Source: Bdellovibrionales bacterium (lineage in GTDB: Bacteria > Bdellovibrionota > Bdellovibrionia > Bdellovibrionales > Bdellovibrionaceae). From it: a DNA stretch of 64,000 nucleotides. The number at the start of each line of letters is the position of its first letter. Positions within the stretch are counted from its first letter, which is position 1. The stretch lies in NCBI GenBank assembly GCA_043754975.1, contig JAYUTU010000001.1:4231-68230 (forward strand), in the 5' to 3' direction. A program made the translations under genes and the position numbers. The notes beneath the pieces are model-generated. The model made no database searches and was not told the DNA's origin. It saw nothing but the letters and a program-made list of their open reading frames with translations. This document shows positions 22,661 through 32,937 of this stretch, in pieces.

Positions 22661-23767
22661 TCAGATCCTCATTGGCATAACGACATTTAAATAATCCGAG
22701 TTATCCGCAGGCTTTAAAACTCCTGGTGATAATTGATCATTTAACTCAAACTCAACATTTTCCTGCTCAATATTTTTTAAAACATCTTCGATATAACGGG
22801 CGTTAAAACCAATCTTCAATTCAGGGCCCTTGTAATTAATGTCTAACTCTTCTTTGGCATCACCTAGCTCGGGATTGTTCGAAGTGATTTCCAAGCGGTT
22901 TTCATTGAAATGCATCAGTATGGCTTTTGATTTTTGATTCGCTAGCAAAGATACACGCTTCAAACAGGATAAAATAGATTCACGAGGAACAGTTATTTTA
23001 TGAGTTAGCTTCTGTGGAATAAACTGTTGATAATTAGGATATTTGCCTTCAATTAAACGAATCATCAATATGCTTGAGCCGGATTTTAAAATAAATTGTG
23101 ATCCTTCGACTGCAATGAAGACATCTTCAACAGTGGATTCAATTAATTTTTTTATTTCGAATAAACCTTTTTTAGGTATGATCACGCCAATTTTTTCTGT
23201 GAAGTTTAAATCTTTAAAACTTTTTTTGATCATACTTAAACGATGGCCGTCAGTAGCCACCATAGTAATTCTGTTTTTTTCGTAGGATTCAAAAAAAACT
23301 CCGTTCAAATGATATCGAGTTTCGTCGTTTGAAACACTATAGATTGTTTTATCGATCATCATTTTAAATTCAGAGGCATTGATCTTAGAAAAATTTTCTG
23401 AATTGTAAGTTGGAAATACAGGGTACTCATCCGCAGCGACGCCAATTATTTTTGATAGGAATTTGCCTTGTTTAATTTCTAACCAGTTATTTTCTTTTTT
23501 AAATAACTGTATCGGTCCGTCAAACAATTCCTTAGTAATTTCAAATAGGCTCTTAGCGCTCACTGCAACTTTGCCAGCGTCTTTTATTTGTGCGGGGGCG
23601 GTGTCAGTCAGACTAACTTCTAAGTCCGTGGCATAGGCCTTCAGGACGCTTCCTTGAGCTTCAAGTAAAACATTTACTAGGATCGGCATCGTATTTCTTT
23701 TTTCTACAATGTTTTGAGTACGGCTTAATAGATTTAATAAATCTTTTTTTTGTATCTCTATTTTCAT
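22661..23767 (-). CDS. dnaN: DNA polymerase III beta sliding clamp
   Basis: ATDLEV, ETRYHLNGV, ATDGHRL and C-terminal VVMPMRI. Confidence 0.98.
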   Translation of the reverse strand: MKIEIQKKDLLNLLSRTQNIVEKRNTMPILVNVLLEAQGSVLKAYATDLEVSLTDTAPAQIKDAGKVAVSAKSLFEITKELFDGPIQLFKKENNWLEIKQGKFLSKIIGVAADEYPVFPTYNSENFSKINASEFKMMIDKTIYSVSNDETRYHLNGVFFESYEKNRITMVATDGHRLSMIKKSFKDLNFTEKIGVIIPKKGLFEIKKLIESTVEDVFIAVEGSQFILKSGSSILMIRLIEGKYPNYQQFIPQKLTHKITVPRESILSCLKRVSLLANQKSKAILMHFNENRLEITSNNPELGDAKEELDINYKGPELKIGFNARYIEDVLKNIEQENVEFELNDQLSPGVLKPADNSDYLNVVMPMRI

Positions 23768-23774
23768 CTCTTCA

Positions 23775-24006
23775 TTTTCCTAATAATATTAATATATATA
23801 TTTAGTAGTAGTAGTAGGGCCGTTGGTAATTGCTAAATTATACTAAGCATTTGAAACTATTAACCTTTGTTCGTGGAAAACTCAATCGGGATTACCATTC
23901 ATTTTCCAGCCAAAAATGGGGTTAATGTTTCCCACATTTTAATACACGTGTTTATCAACACGCGTATCCACAATCCACAATCACAATCCTGTGATATTGT
24001 GGATAA
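23775..24006. other. oriC: Chromosomal replication origin oriC (dnaA-dnaN spacer)
   Basis: AT-only run 23781-23802, (TAG)5 DnaA-trios 23803-23817, then a GC patch; DnaA-box-like 9-mers at 23872-80, 23928-36, 23952-60, 23964-72 and 23971-79; perfect TGTGGATAA at 23998-24006 inside the dnaA 3' end. Confidence 0.9.
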
Positions 24007-25378
24007 TATTGATTAACTCATCGATATCATTCTTAAATTGGGCATCTTTTAATTGTAGAGACTCAACCTTTTCCAGAGAATTGATGACTGTTGTATGATC
24101 TCTGCCTCCAAAAGCGCGCCCTATGTCGACCAAAGATTTATCTAAAAACTTTTTGATCAGATACATAGCAATTTGCCGTGGCACCACAATTTGGCGAGCC
24201 CTACCCGTAGATTTTAAATCAGCGATGCGTATTTTGTAGAACTCAGAAACTATGCGCTGAATCTCTTCAATCGTAATTGTAATCGTGTTTTCATGATGGG
24301 CTAAAACTTTTCGCGCAAGCTCAATATTTATGCTTAACCCCTGTAACTCGGAATACATTTTAATTTTCTTTAAATTGCCCTCGAGCTCACGAATGGATTT
24401 TTTAGAAATTTTTGCAATGTACTGAATTGTTTCTTCAGAAATTCGCAAATTAAAATTTTCAGATTTATACCGTAAAATCGCAATCCGTGTTTCTAAATCA
24501 GGCATTGTGATATCGGCGATAAGACCGCGCTCGAGGCGCGTTCGCGAACGATCCTCTAGGGTAAGGATATCTTTTGGCATGCGGTCACTGGCCAAAATAA
24601 CCTGCTTTTTGCGCTCGATAAACGAATTAATCGTATGAAAAAACTCTTCTTGAACAGCCTGTCCCCGGCCAATGTATTGCACATCATCAACCACCAAAAT
24701 ATCGGTATTATCGCGGTATTTCTGTCGAAATTTGTCCATTTCTTGGCGGCGGATGGCAGAAACACACTCGTTCAAAAAACGCTCTGCCGAGACGTAGGTA
24801 ATGCGTAAATGTGAAAAATTATTTCTAATTTCATTTGCAGCAGCATTTAATAAATGCGTTTTACCCATTCCCGACGGACCATATATAAACAGCGGATTGT
24901 AATCATCTGCCCCAGGATTTCTTGATACATTATAAGTCGCCGCGTGAGCGAATTCTGAGTTTTTTCCCACAACGAAAGTCGAAAACGTAAAGTCTGAATT
25001 GATGTTTTCGTACAGCTTGGCGGCGACCGCCACATTTGCCGGCGCCGCGGCCTGGAACAGTTGATCTGCATTTTGCATAATGTCCTGCAAAGACGTGTTG
25101 TAATCATCGGCCACTTTTCCAGTAACGACGAACTCAACAGCTGTGGGTAAATTTGAAAGGGTTGACAGCTCGAGAGCAATTTTATCTTTTAAATGCTCAT
25201 TTACATAAAAGTAGAAAAATTGGTTGGGAACACCCAAAGTAATTTTTAAAGCACCGTCGTTTTTTTCAGTTTTAATCAGATCGATGGGGTCAAGCCAGTT
25301 CTCTAATAGCTTGTTGGTGCCATTTTTACTTTTCATCGAGGATTTGATTTGGCTCCAGAACGAACTATTTATTTCCAT
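23981..25378 (-). CDS. dnaA: Chromosomal replication initiator DnaA
   Basis: NPLFIYGPSGMGKTHL, VDDVQ, IRELEG and GGRDHTTV motifs. Confidence 0.99.
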   Translation of the reverse strand: MEINSSFWSQIKSSMKSKNGTNKLLENWLDPIDLIKTEKNDGALKITLGVPNQFFYFYVNEHLKDKIALELSTLSNLPTAVEFVVTGKVADDYNTSLQDIMQNADQLFQAAAPANVAVAAKLYENINSDFTFSTFVVGKNSEFAHAATYNVSRNPGADDYNPLFIYGPSGMGKTHLLNAAANEIRNNFSHLRITYVSAERFLNECVSAIRRQEMDKFRQKYRDNTDILVVDDVQYIGRGQAVQEEFFHTINSFIERKKQVILASDRMPKDILTLEDRSRTRLERGLIADITMPDLETRIAILRYKSENFNLRISEETIQYIAKISKKSIRELEGNLKKIKMYSELQGLSINIELARKVLAHHENTITITIEEIQRIVSEFYKIRIADLKSTGRARQIVVPRQIAMYLIKKFLDKSLVDIGRAFGGRDHTTVINSLEKVESLQLKDAQFKNDIDELINIIHNITGL

Positions 25379-25402
25379 GATCCCCCTCAGGACCCGTAAG
25401 GA

Positions 25403-25440
25403 TTAACAACAGCGGTTCGACTTATCAACAGTTGACCACT
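25403..25440 (+). promoter_or_regulatory. Degenerate DnaA boxes upstream of dnaA (autoregulation)
   Basis: TTAACAACA 25403-11, TTATCAACA 25422-30 and TTGACCACT 25432-40. Confidence 0.55.
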
Positions 25441-25561
25441 ATGCCGCAATGTGCTTTATATTTAATTCACAATAATTAGGACTGCTTAAATATTGTACAA
25501 TTGACGTGAATGACGTCGTAGAAATTAGTAAGAGAATCAGAAGAACTAACAGAGGTGTAGA

Positions 25562-25711
25562 ATGAAAAGAACTTATCAACCAAGCAATCGTCGTCGTAAA
25601 AAAACACATGGTTTCAGAGCCCGCATGGCAACCAAAGATGGACAAAAAGTTTTAGCGCGTCGTCGTGCTAAAGGCCGCAAGCGCATTGCAATCACTGCTG
25701 GTGGCAAATAA
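25562..25711 (+). CDS. rpmH: 50S ribosomal protein L34
   Basis: Not in the ORF track (49 aa): [49 protein letters not shown], with GAGG RBS. Confidence 0.98.
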   Translation: MKRTYQPSNRRRKKTHGFRARMATKDGQKVLARRRAKGRKRIAITAGGK

Positions 25712-26039
25712 ACCGAAACCTCTTAAGAGATCGTCCGATTTTTTAGAAATATCTACGCAAGGTAAAAAAATAAAAGCAGCCCCCTGGCTGCTTTTGCAAG
25801 TTTTAGCTTCCGCAGATAGTTTCTCTTATTATGGGTTAACGGTATCTCGAAAAGTGGGTCCTTCAGTCATTCGTAACAGACTTAAACGATGGGTGCGCAA
25901 CTGTGTTCGTTCAGAGACTTGGCCAGAACAGTTTAATTCAAAAAAAGTTGTGTTTGTGTTCAGACCACAATCCGCAGCAGGCTTTTATAAGCAGCTTACC
26001 TACAAGCAGTTTATTACTGCCTTCAAAAAGGTGGGCTAG
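25701..26039 (+). CDS. rnpA: Ribonuclease P protein component
   Basis: LKRSSDF and [22 protein letters not shown] (RNR motif); GTG start overlaps the rpmH end. Confidence 0.94.
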   Translation: MANKPKPLKRSSDFLEISTQGKKIKAAPWLLLQVLASADSFSYYGLTVSRKVGPSVIRNRLKRWVRNCVRSETWPEQFNSKKVVFVFRPQSAAGFYKQLTYKQFITAFKKVG

Positions 26040-26040
26040 C

Positions 26041-26274
26041 TTGAACGCAGCAGCAAAGGCCGGGATTTTTCTTTACCAAACGACTTTTTCTCACTTTCTT
26101 GGCGGCAACTGCCGTTACTATCCATCGTGTTCTAATTACGCATCTGAGGCTTTTGAAAACCACAGTTTTTGGAGCGCGCTTTATTTAACTAGTAAACGTC
26201 TGCTGAGCTGTCATCCCCTTGCAAAAAAACAATTCTATGACCCCGTTCCCACACAAGAGGTTCCGAGTGAATAA
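26041..26274 (+). CDS. yidD: Membrane protein insertion efficiency factor YidD
   Basis: CRYYPSCSNY...RLLSCHP...YDPVP; TTG start after AAGGTG. Confidence 0.93.
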   Translation: MNAAAKAGIFLYQTTFSHFLGGNCRYYPSCSNYASEAFENHSFWSALYLTSKRLLSCHPLAKKQFYDPVPTQEVPSE

Positions 26275-27859
26275 CCAGAACGAATCCCCCTTTAGTAATC
26301 CAAAATTTTTAATTGCCATTGTTGTTACGTTTTTAGCTTTGTGGGGCTGGCAGTTTTACATGAATAAAGCGTATCCCCCGCCGCCAGCTGCTCAGAGGGT
26401 CGCTCAAACTCCAGCCGCCCAACAGGCCGTTAACGCCGGCAGTGGCGCCAACGCAACAACTAGTGCTGCAGCAACGTCGCCAACACAAAATAATCCCACA
26501 GCTGTTGCCGCGGTTGTTGCAGAAAAATCATTTTTGTACTCGGACGATAACGTGGAGTGGACCATTTCTTCCGACGGAATGGGGCTTAAAAATCTGATCT
26601 TAAAAAAATACAAAAACCGAGCTCAAAAACAGGTTGAATTTGTATCGAATGAAAAAATATTTAGTCTTTTTGCAAATAATCAAAAAGTTAACTTTGCCTT
26701 ATCAAAAGTATCTGAGACAGAGTTTCGTGGCGAGGCAATCGTCGACGGAAAAAAAATAACGCGAAAACTCACATACAACCAAGACAAAACGCACTTTGAA
26801 TCTGTGATCGAGTTCGATCCAGGCCTACAAAATGTCACTTTGTCGTTGGATGAAAAAAAGGCCTCTGACAGCGGGGCCTCGTTTTTTATGCCGACGTTTG
26901 AAAGGCAAGATTTTTTATACCGCGAAGCTGACAAAGTTATCGCAGAACCTATCTCTGCCCTGAAAGACGACGAAAAATTTGAGAAGCGTGCAAACACCGT
27001 TTCGCTGGCCTCGATCGGAACACAGTATTTTACAGCGGCAATTATTGACAAGTCAGACCTAACGCCATCGCTATCGATGCGGGTTGAGGCCCAGCAAGCC
27101 AAAATGTTGCTGAGCTACGACCTGAATAATTCACAGCTAAAAACACTGAAGCAAATTTATTATGTTGGCGCTAAAAACACGGATGTATTGAAGCAAATTG
27201 ATCCCCTGTTGCCAGAGGTCATGGATTATGGAATTTTCGGATTTATTTCAAAACCCCTGTTAAAATTAATGAAGCTAATGCACGATTTGTTCGGCAACTG
27301 GGGCTTAGCAATTATTGGGTTAACGCTGATCGTACGAATTGTACTGCTGCCGTTTAATATCATGTCATTTCGCTCGGCTCGCGCTATGCAAAAAATCCAA
27401 CCGCTATTAAAAGAAACGCGTGAGCGCTATAAAAACGATCCGCTCAAAGTAAATCGCGAAACCATGGCGCTTATGAAAGAGCATAAGGCAAATCCGCTAA
27501 GCGGCTGCCTACCGATGTTCATTCAAATCCCAATCTTTTTTGCCCTTTGGAAAACGATCGGCTCTAGTGTTGAAATTTATCAGCAGCCCTTTTTCGGCTG
27601 GATCACCGACTTAAGCTCTAATGACCCATTTTTTGTTATTCCAGTTTTAATGGGAATAACGATGTATTTTCAGCAAAAACTAACTCCAACAACAATGGAT
27701 CCGACGCAGCAAAAAATTCTGAACTTTATGCCGATTATTTTTACGGTGTTCATGTTTAGTCTGCCAAGCGGATTAACGCTGTATAACTTTATCAGTGCGT
27801 TGTTCGGAGTGATTCAGCAGTATTTTTTATTAAAAGACACGTCAGCTAAGGCTGCATAG
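26267..27859 (+). CDS. yidC: Membrane protein insertase YidC
   Basis: NWGLAII..IVR, GCLPMFIQIPIF, WITDLS and PSGLTLY motifs; GTG start after GAGG. Confidence 0.97.
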   Translation: MNNQNESPFSNPKFLIAIVVTFLALWGWQFYMNKAYPPPPAAQRVAQTPAAQQAVNAGSGANATTSAAATSPTQNNPTAVAAVVAEKSFLYSDDNVEWTISSDGMGLKNLILKKYKNRAQKQVEFVSNEKIFSLFANNQKVNFALSKVSETEFRGEAIVDGKKITRKLTYNQDKTHFESVIEFDPGLQNVTLSLDEKKASDSGASFFMPTFERQDFLYREADKVIAEPISALKDDEKFEKRANTVSLASIGTQYFTAAIIDKSDLTPSLSMRVEAQQAKMLLSYDLNNSQLKTLKQIYYVGAKNTDVLKQIDPLLPEVMDYGIFGFISKPLLKLMKLMHDLFGNWGLAIIGLTLIVRIVLLPFNIMSFRSARAMQKIQPLLKETRERYKNDPLKVNRETMALMKEHKANPLSGCLPMFIQIPIFFALWKTIGSSVEIYQQPFFGWITDLSSNDPFFVIPVLMGITMYFQQKLTPTTMDPTQQKILNFMPIIFTVFMFSLPSGLTLYNFISALFGVIQQYFLLKDTSAKAA

Positions 27860-27872
27860 GAAAGGAATCAGT

Positions 27873-28415
27873 ATGGCAGGATTTTTCAGTAAAATTTTTG
27901 GGGGCGGAAAAAAAGAGGATCTCGAGTCCGTGGTTGAAGCAACTTTGAACGGTATTTTAGAAAAAGGCGCATTTGATTTATCCTATGAATTAAATTTGGA
28001 AAAAAAAGAAGATGTGACTGATGTGCGCATTGAATTTTCTGGCGCCGATGAGGCCCTGCTAAAAGATTATAAAGGCCAACTTATGGATGCCATTCAGCTT
28101 ATCGTAAAGCGCGTTACCCAGCATCACTTTGCTGAAACGATGACGAATGTTACCGTTGATTGCGGCGGCTTTCGTCAAGAGTCAGAAGCTGCGCTTATTG
28201 AGCGCGCCGAACACTTGAAGAAGATCGCAATTGAACAGGGCAAATCTGTTTACTACCGCGCCCTGCCACCGAAAGAGCGAAAAGTAGTCCACCAATATCT
28301 TGCGCAAGATGGCCGAGTGAAAAGTCGCTCTTTAGGCGATGGCCTTTATAAAAAAATAAAGATATTTCCAGCGAAAAACGCGAACACTGAGGCTAGCGAA
28401 ACCGAAGAGGCCTAG
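27873..28415 (+). CDS. jag: Jag/KhpB/EloR-family RNA-binding protein (degenerate KH + R3H)
   Basis: R3H motif PPKERKVVH; conserved position between yidC and mnmE. Confidence 0.88.
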   Translation: MAGFFSKIFGGGKKEDLESVVEATLNGILEKGAFDLSYELNLEKKEDVTDVRIEFSGADEALLKDYKGQLMDAIQLIVKRVTQHHFAETMTNVTVDCGGFRQESEAALIERAEHLKKIAIEQGKSVYYRALPPKERKVVHQYLAQDGRVKSRSLGDGLYKKIKIFPAKNANTEASETEEA

Positions 28416-28440
28416 CCGCCGAAGAAAGAGTTTTTGTACG

Positions 28441-29829
28441 ATGCGGATTCGAAGCGAGCAGACAATTTGTGCGATCTCGACTCCGCCTGGAATGGGTGGC
28501 ATCGCCGTTATCCGTGTCAGCGGCGAAAACGCAGTAGCGATCGCTCACAAGGTGGCTCCAGGCTTACAAAAAAAGACACTACAATCTCATTGTGCTTATT
28601 TTGTAAAAATTCGCGATTCCAGTGATGAAATAATTGATGAAGCTGTGCTGACGTATTTCGCTTTTGGAAAATCATTTACCGGCGAAGATGTTGTCGAGAT
28701 TTCGTGCCACGGCAGTGAATATATAACTGAAAAATTAATTGAAATACTGATTGATGCGGGCGCAGTGCTTGCTGAAAAAGGCGAGTTTACATTTCGGGCC
28801 TTCATGAACAATCGGTTAGACCTGATTCAAGCCGAATCCGTATTGTCGTTAATTCAAAGTCATAGTGCAGCTGCCGCCCGTGTAGCGCTTCGCCAGCTGC
28901 AGGGTGACGTTTCAAAAAAATATGAAAAATTAGAATCCGATTTGACATGGTGTCTGGCGCACATAGAGGCCTCGATCGATTTTTCCACCGAAGGCCTAGA
29001 TGTCGTCGACCCAAAAGTTTTGCGTGAAAAGTTGCAGAGCATAAAAGCGGATTTAGAAAAATTAATTGCCACCTACCGCTCAGGGAAGCTGATTAAGGAT
29101 GGGATAAAAACAGTTTTGCTTGGCGAGCCCAATGTTGGCAAATCAAGTCTACTGAATTTGCTGACTGAGGACGACAAGGCCATAGTTACTAGCGTTGCTG
29201 GAACGACCCGAGATGTAATCAATGCGCCCGTGCAGTTTGCAGGATTAAAATTTACTTTAAGCGATACTGCAGGGTTGCGCGACACTGCAGATGTCATTGA
29301 AAAAATGGGAGTAGATCGCAGTCAAAAAGAGGCCAGTCGCGCGGATATTGTTCTGTATGTTTTAGATTTGTCACAGCCCAATTGGTCCGTTGCTGTCGAG
29401 CAGATTCGGGCAATAAAAACCCCGTATATCGTGCTTTTGAACAAAGCGGATACGGCGGATGATCTATCACAAGCCGCAGCCAGAGAAAAATTACAAACAT
29501 ATTTACCTGCACTGACCGAGAAGGACATTGTTTTTACATCACATGTTGATCCCCAGGCCCGAGACAGAGTATTAGAGTTAGTGAAGCAAAAGGTCGGCAC
29601 CCAGGTAATGGATGATGCTGTGCTGACCTCGGCGCGGCAGTACGAAATGTCGACCTATGCTTTAGAAATGCTAACGACATCATTAACAGAGCTTGAAAAG
29701 AATATGGGCTCTGAGTTTATAGCGATGTATTTAAAAGAATCACTCGTGTCGCTGCAAAGAATTCTGGGGCATGTTTTTGATGATCAAATTATGGACCGAG
29801 TGTTTAAAGAATTTTGTCTTGGAAAATAA
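28441..29829 (+). CDS. mnmE: tRNA modification GTPase MnmE
   Basis: SFTGEDVVE, GEPNVGKSS, GTTRD, DTAG, NKAD and C-terminal FCLGK. Confidence 0.98.
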   Translation: MRIRSEQTICAISTPPGMGGIAVIRVSGENAVAIAHKVAPGLQKKTLQSHCAYFVKIRDSSDEIIDEAVLTYFAFGKSFTGEDVVEISCHGSEYITEKLIEILIDAGAVLAEKGEFTFRAFMNNRLDLIQAESVLSLIQSHSAAAARVALRQLQGDVSKKYEKLESDLTWCLAHIEASIDFSTEGLDVVDPKVLREKLQSIKADLEKLIATYRSGKLIKDGIKTVLLGEPNVGKSSLLNLLTEDDKAIVTSVAGTTRDVINAPVQFAGLKFTLSDTAGLRDTADVIEKMGVDRSQKEASRADIVLYVLDLSQPNWSVAVEQIRAIKTPYIVLLNKADTADDLSQAAAREKLQTYLPALTEKDIVFTSHVDPQARDRVLELVKQKVGTQVMDDAVLTSARQYEMSTYALEMLTTSLTELEKNMGSEFIAMYLKESLVSLQRILGHVFDDQIMDRVFKEFCLGK

Positions 29830-29886
29830 GCCTCAGAAACTAAGTGTGATAAAAGCAATAGATTTACTGCGACAGAAGGGCAAGCC

Positions 29887-31809
29887 ATGCAGTCATTTGA
29901 TATTATAGTTGTTGGCGCTGGGCACGCGGGCGTCGAAGCGGCGCTGGCTTCGGCACGTCTGGGCATGCGAACTCTTGTAGTAACAACAAATTTAGATCGC
30001 ATTGCCTACATGTCCTGTAATCCGTCTATCGGCGGGCTTGCTAAGGGCCACATGGTTCGAGAAATCGATATTTTAGGTGGCCAAATGGGTCGCGCCGCAG
30101 ATGCTTCATGCATTCAATTCAAACGGCTGAACTCTAGCCGTGGACCAGCCGTGCGCGGCAGTCGCGCTCAGTGTGATAAACATGTCTATTCAGCTTTCCA
30201 AACAAAAGCGCTGCAGTCGCAACCAAACTTGACCGTGCTTGGCACAGAAGTAAAACGACTGCGTCTTGAAAAAGGAATTTGTCAGGGCGTTGTGCTTCAT
30301 GACGGGTCCGAAATAAGTGCCCGGGCAGTTATTGTTACAACCGGCACCTTTATGAATGGCGTGATGCATTTTGGATTAAAACAAATTGCGGGTGGTCGCA
30401 TTGGAGATCAGTCATCAGTTGGTCTGTCGGATCAATTGGCGCACTTTGGGTTTGAAGTGAAACGTTTAAAAACTGGAACTCCAGCCAGACTACACAAGGA
30501 TAGTATTGATTGGAGTAAGACAACTCCGCAGTTCGGTGATGAAAAATTTTATCCCTTTAGTTTTACCTCGGAGCGCACGTTTCAGTTACAACAAGTTGCC
30601 TGCTACCTTTCGAATACGACGGAGCAAACTCACGATATAATCAGAGATAATCTGGATAAATCCCCAATGTTCTGTGGGATCATCGAGGGCGTTGGCCCCA
30701 GGTACTGCCCGAGTATCGAAGACAAAATCACTAGATTTGCGGACAAAAAAACGCACCAAACATTTCTTGAGCCCGAAGGGCTTCACTCGGACTTAATATA
30801 TCTGCAAGGAATATCAACCTCATTGCCAGAAGACGTTCAGGATCAGTTTCTAAAAACCATTCCTGGCCTTGAGGCGGTTAAAGTAATTCGTTACGGGTAT
30901 GCCGTTGAATATGATTACATTGAGCCCACCCAAATTTTTCATCGGCTAGAAACTCGCCCGATTGAAAATCTTTTTTTAGCGGGTCAGATTAATGGCACGA
31001 GCGGCTATGAAGAAGCTGCTGCACAAGGTTTTATTGCTGGCGTAAATGCGGCCCATAAAGTTTTGAATCGTGACGAGTTTATTTTAGGCCGCGATCAGGC
31101 CTATGCCGGTGTTCTTATTGATGATTTGGTGACTAAGGGAACTCGCGAGCCCTACCGGATGTTTACCTCAAGGGCTGAACACCGCTTGGTTTTGCGCGAA
31201 GACAACACGATTGATCGGCTGAGCACAGTGTCTGAAAAACTAGGTATAGCTTCTGCGGAAGACCTGTCAGTTTTAAGTAAAATAAAGCTAGCGCGAACCC
31301 AGCTAAAATCAACGCTAGCAAGCCAAAGCCTTTATCCTAAACCTGAAGTGAACGAAAACATTAAGCGGCTGGGTAGCACGGCCCTGTTAAAACCAGCGAC
31401 TTTGGAAGAATTTTTGCGTCGACCAGAAGTGGATTTCAACTTTTTGAGCCAGCTAGGTTTCGTGATCGATGAGCCCGAGGTTGTTACCGAGGCTGTGGAA
31501 ATTGAAATTAAATATTCTGGCTATATTAAAAAGCAAAATGAAATCATTGAAAAATCCAAGCAGTCTGAGGGCTTTATCATTCCCACAGACGTGAATTATA
31601 AAGCGATTAAGGGCTTGTCGACCGAGGAAGTGGACAAGTTGGTACGTATCAAGCCTAGAACTTTAGGTCAGGCGCAAAGAATAAGTGGCGTTAATCCTTC
31701 AGCTTTGCAGGCTTTGATGATATATTTAAAGGCTCATACATCTACGACAAAGGCTGTAAAAGTTGGAAGCACCCGCAAGTTCAGAGGCACAAATACACTG
31801 GAGACTTAA
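29887..31809 (+). CDS. mnmG: tRNA uridine-5-carboxymethylaminomethyl modification enzyme MnmG (GidA)
   Basis: [26 protein letters not shown] and [12 protein letters not shown] motifs. Confidence 0.99.
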   Translation: MQSFDIIVVGAGHAGVEAALASARLGMRTLVVTTNLDRIAYMSCNPSIGGLAKGHMVREIDILGGQMGRAADASCIQFKRLNSSRGPAVRGSRAQCDKHVYSAFQTKALQSQPNLTVLGTEVKRLRLEKGICQGVVLHDGSEISARAVIVTTGTFMNGVMHFGLKQIAGGRIGDQSSVGLSDQLAHFGFEVKRLKTGTPARLHKDSIDWSKTTPQFGDEKFYPFSFTSERTFQLQQVACYLSNTTEQTHDIIRDNLDKSPMFCGIIEGVGPRYCPSIEDKITRFADKKTHQTFLEPEGLHSDLIYLQGISTSLPEDVQDQFLKTIPGLEAVKVIRYGYAVEYDYIEPTQIFHRLETRPIENLFLAGQINGTSGYEEAAAQGFIAGVNAAHKVLNRDEFILGRDQAYAGVLIDDLVTKGTREPYRMFTSRAEHRLVLREDNTIDRLSTVSEKLGIASAEDLSVLSKIKLARTQLKSTLASQSLYPKPEVNENIKRLGSTALLKPATLEEFLRRPEVDFNFLSQLGFVIDEPEVVTEAVEIEIKYSGYIKKQNEIIEKSKQSEGFIIPTDVNYKAIKGLSTEEVDKLVRIKPRTLGQAQRISGVNPSALQALMIYLKAHTSTTKAVKVGSTRKFRGTNTLET

Positions 31810-32425
31810 AGCTTGGTTTCCTGACCTTGATGAAAAAACACATTCATTACTGAAGGATTTTTTTATCGAGCTGATCAAGTATAATAAGGTTGTTAGCTTA
31901 ATATCAGCGAAGACTGTTACCAATTGCGACGCCATTCATTTCGCAGATTGCATCAACGCCTGTAAAATTGTTTACAAAAACATTAGTGTTAACGATGCTT
32001 TATATGACATCGGAAGCGGCAACGGTTTTCCTGGATTGGTCTATGCGATACTGTATCCGCTACAAGACGTTGTCCTTGTCGAGTCTGACTTGCGCAAGTG
32101 TGAGTTCTTAACACAGGCAATTTCGACGCTGAGACTTCCAAACGTTTCAGTCATGAATAAAAAAATCGAGACATTCGGGCCCGACAGCATTAGCCAGGCA
32201 GTTTGTCGTGGGTTTTCGGTATTGCCTAAGACTTTGATGACACTGCGAAAAATCGTTCGGGTCGGTGGAGTTGTTTTTCATTTTAAAACGGATGAGTGGA
32301 GCATGGAAGTTTCGCAAATTCCGATACAGCTTTGCTCAAGCTGGCAGCCCGCCCTGATCGGCGAATACAAGCTTCCGGTTGGCGATATTAAATTATTCTT
32401 AGTTAAAACTGATAAAATTAATTAG
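31763..32425 (+). CDS. rsmG: 16S rRNA m7G527 methyltransferase RsmG (GidB)
   Basis: [13 protein letters not shown] motif; follows mnmG. Confidence 0.93.
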   Translation: MEAPASSEAQIHWRLKAWFPDLDEKTHSLLKDFFIELIKYNKVVSLISAKTVTNCDAIHFADCINACKIVYKNISVNDALYDIGSGNGFPGLVYAILYPLQDVVLVESDLRKCEFLTQAISTLRLPNVSVMNKKIETFGPDSISQAVCRGFSVLPKTLMTLRKIVRVGGVVFHFKTDEWSMEVSQIPIQLCSSWQPALIGEYKLPVGDIKLFLVKTDKIN

Positions 32426-32921
32426 CCTCAGTGGGCTCTTTTTTAGGCTCGTCACTTGTTCCACGTGGAACATTTTTTATCATTCCCTTATTTTTATCCC
32501 AGGCTATTTTATCCCGCTGAAGCTTCTGAGACTTTTCAAAGATTTCAATTTCTGCCAGGTCTGGCCACGGCCGCCCCCCGCGGAAGCTTTCTTCGTAACG
32601 CTTTTGCACGTACTCTTTCCGCTGTAGCACGCTAATTTTGAAGTATTGCTCCTGCTGCTTCAACCGCTCGAGGTTGTTCTTCGACTCGAACACCTTTTTT
32701 TCGTAGGTTTTTATCTGTCCTGTCTGGGGAACCACTGATTTCAAATCAGCAAGGCGACTTTCGTATTCCATTTCGACATCGGCAATATTTTTTTGCATCA
32801 GATCCAGTTCTTTTTTTAAATCGCGGTGAATAATATCGGACTGTTCGGGGTTTGGATCCCTTTGAACACAGGAAGTAATAAAAATAAGGCTTATAATAAG
32901 CAAAAATCTGTACGTGTGCAT
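32418..32921 (-). CDS. Hypothetical coiled-coil lipoprotein
   Basis: 167-aa ORF; signal peptide and lipobox FLLIISLIFITSC; charged helical body. Confidence 0.75.
   Translation of the reverse strand: MHTYRFLLIISLIFITSCVQRDPNPEQSDIIHRDLKKELDLMQKNIADVEMEYESRLADLKSVVPQTGQIKTYEKKVFESKNNLERLKQQEQYFKISVLQRKEYVQKRYEESFRGGRPWPDLAEIEIFEKSQKLQRDKIAWDKNKGMIKNVPRGTSDEPKKEPTEAN
32457..32472. promoter_or_regulatory. parS: parS centromere site (canonical palindrome)
   Basis: TGTTCCACGTGGAACA, about 550 bp upstream of parA. Confidence 0.95.
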
Positions 32922-32937
32922 TGTTCTACGTAGAACA
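32922..32937. promoter_or_regulatory. parS: parS-like site (variant perfect palindrome)
   Basis: TGTTCTACGTAGAACA; symmetric C>T/G>A change relative to the first site. Confidence 0.75.

Noticed and set aside
23803-23817. (TAG)5 as a microsatellite or phase-variation tract
   Set aside because: Better explained as DnaA-trios of oriC
25439-25645. 68-aa minus-strand ORF upstream of dnaA
   Set aside because: It overlaps the unambiguous rpmH on the plus strand
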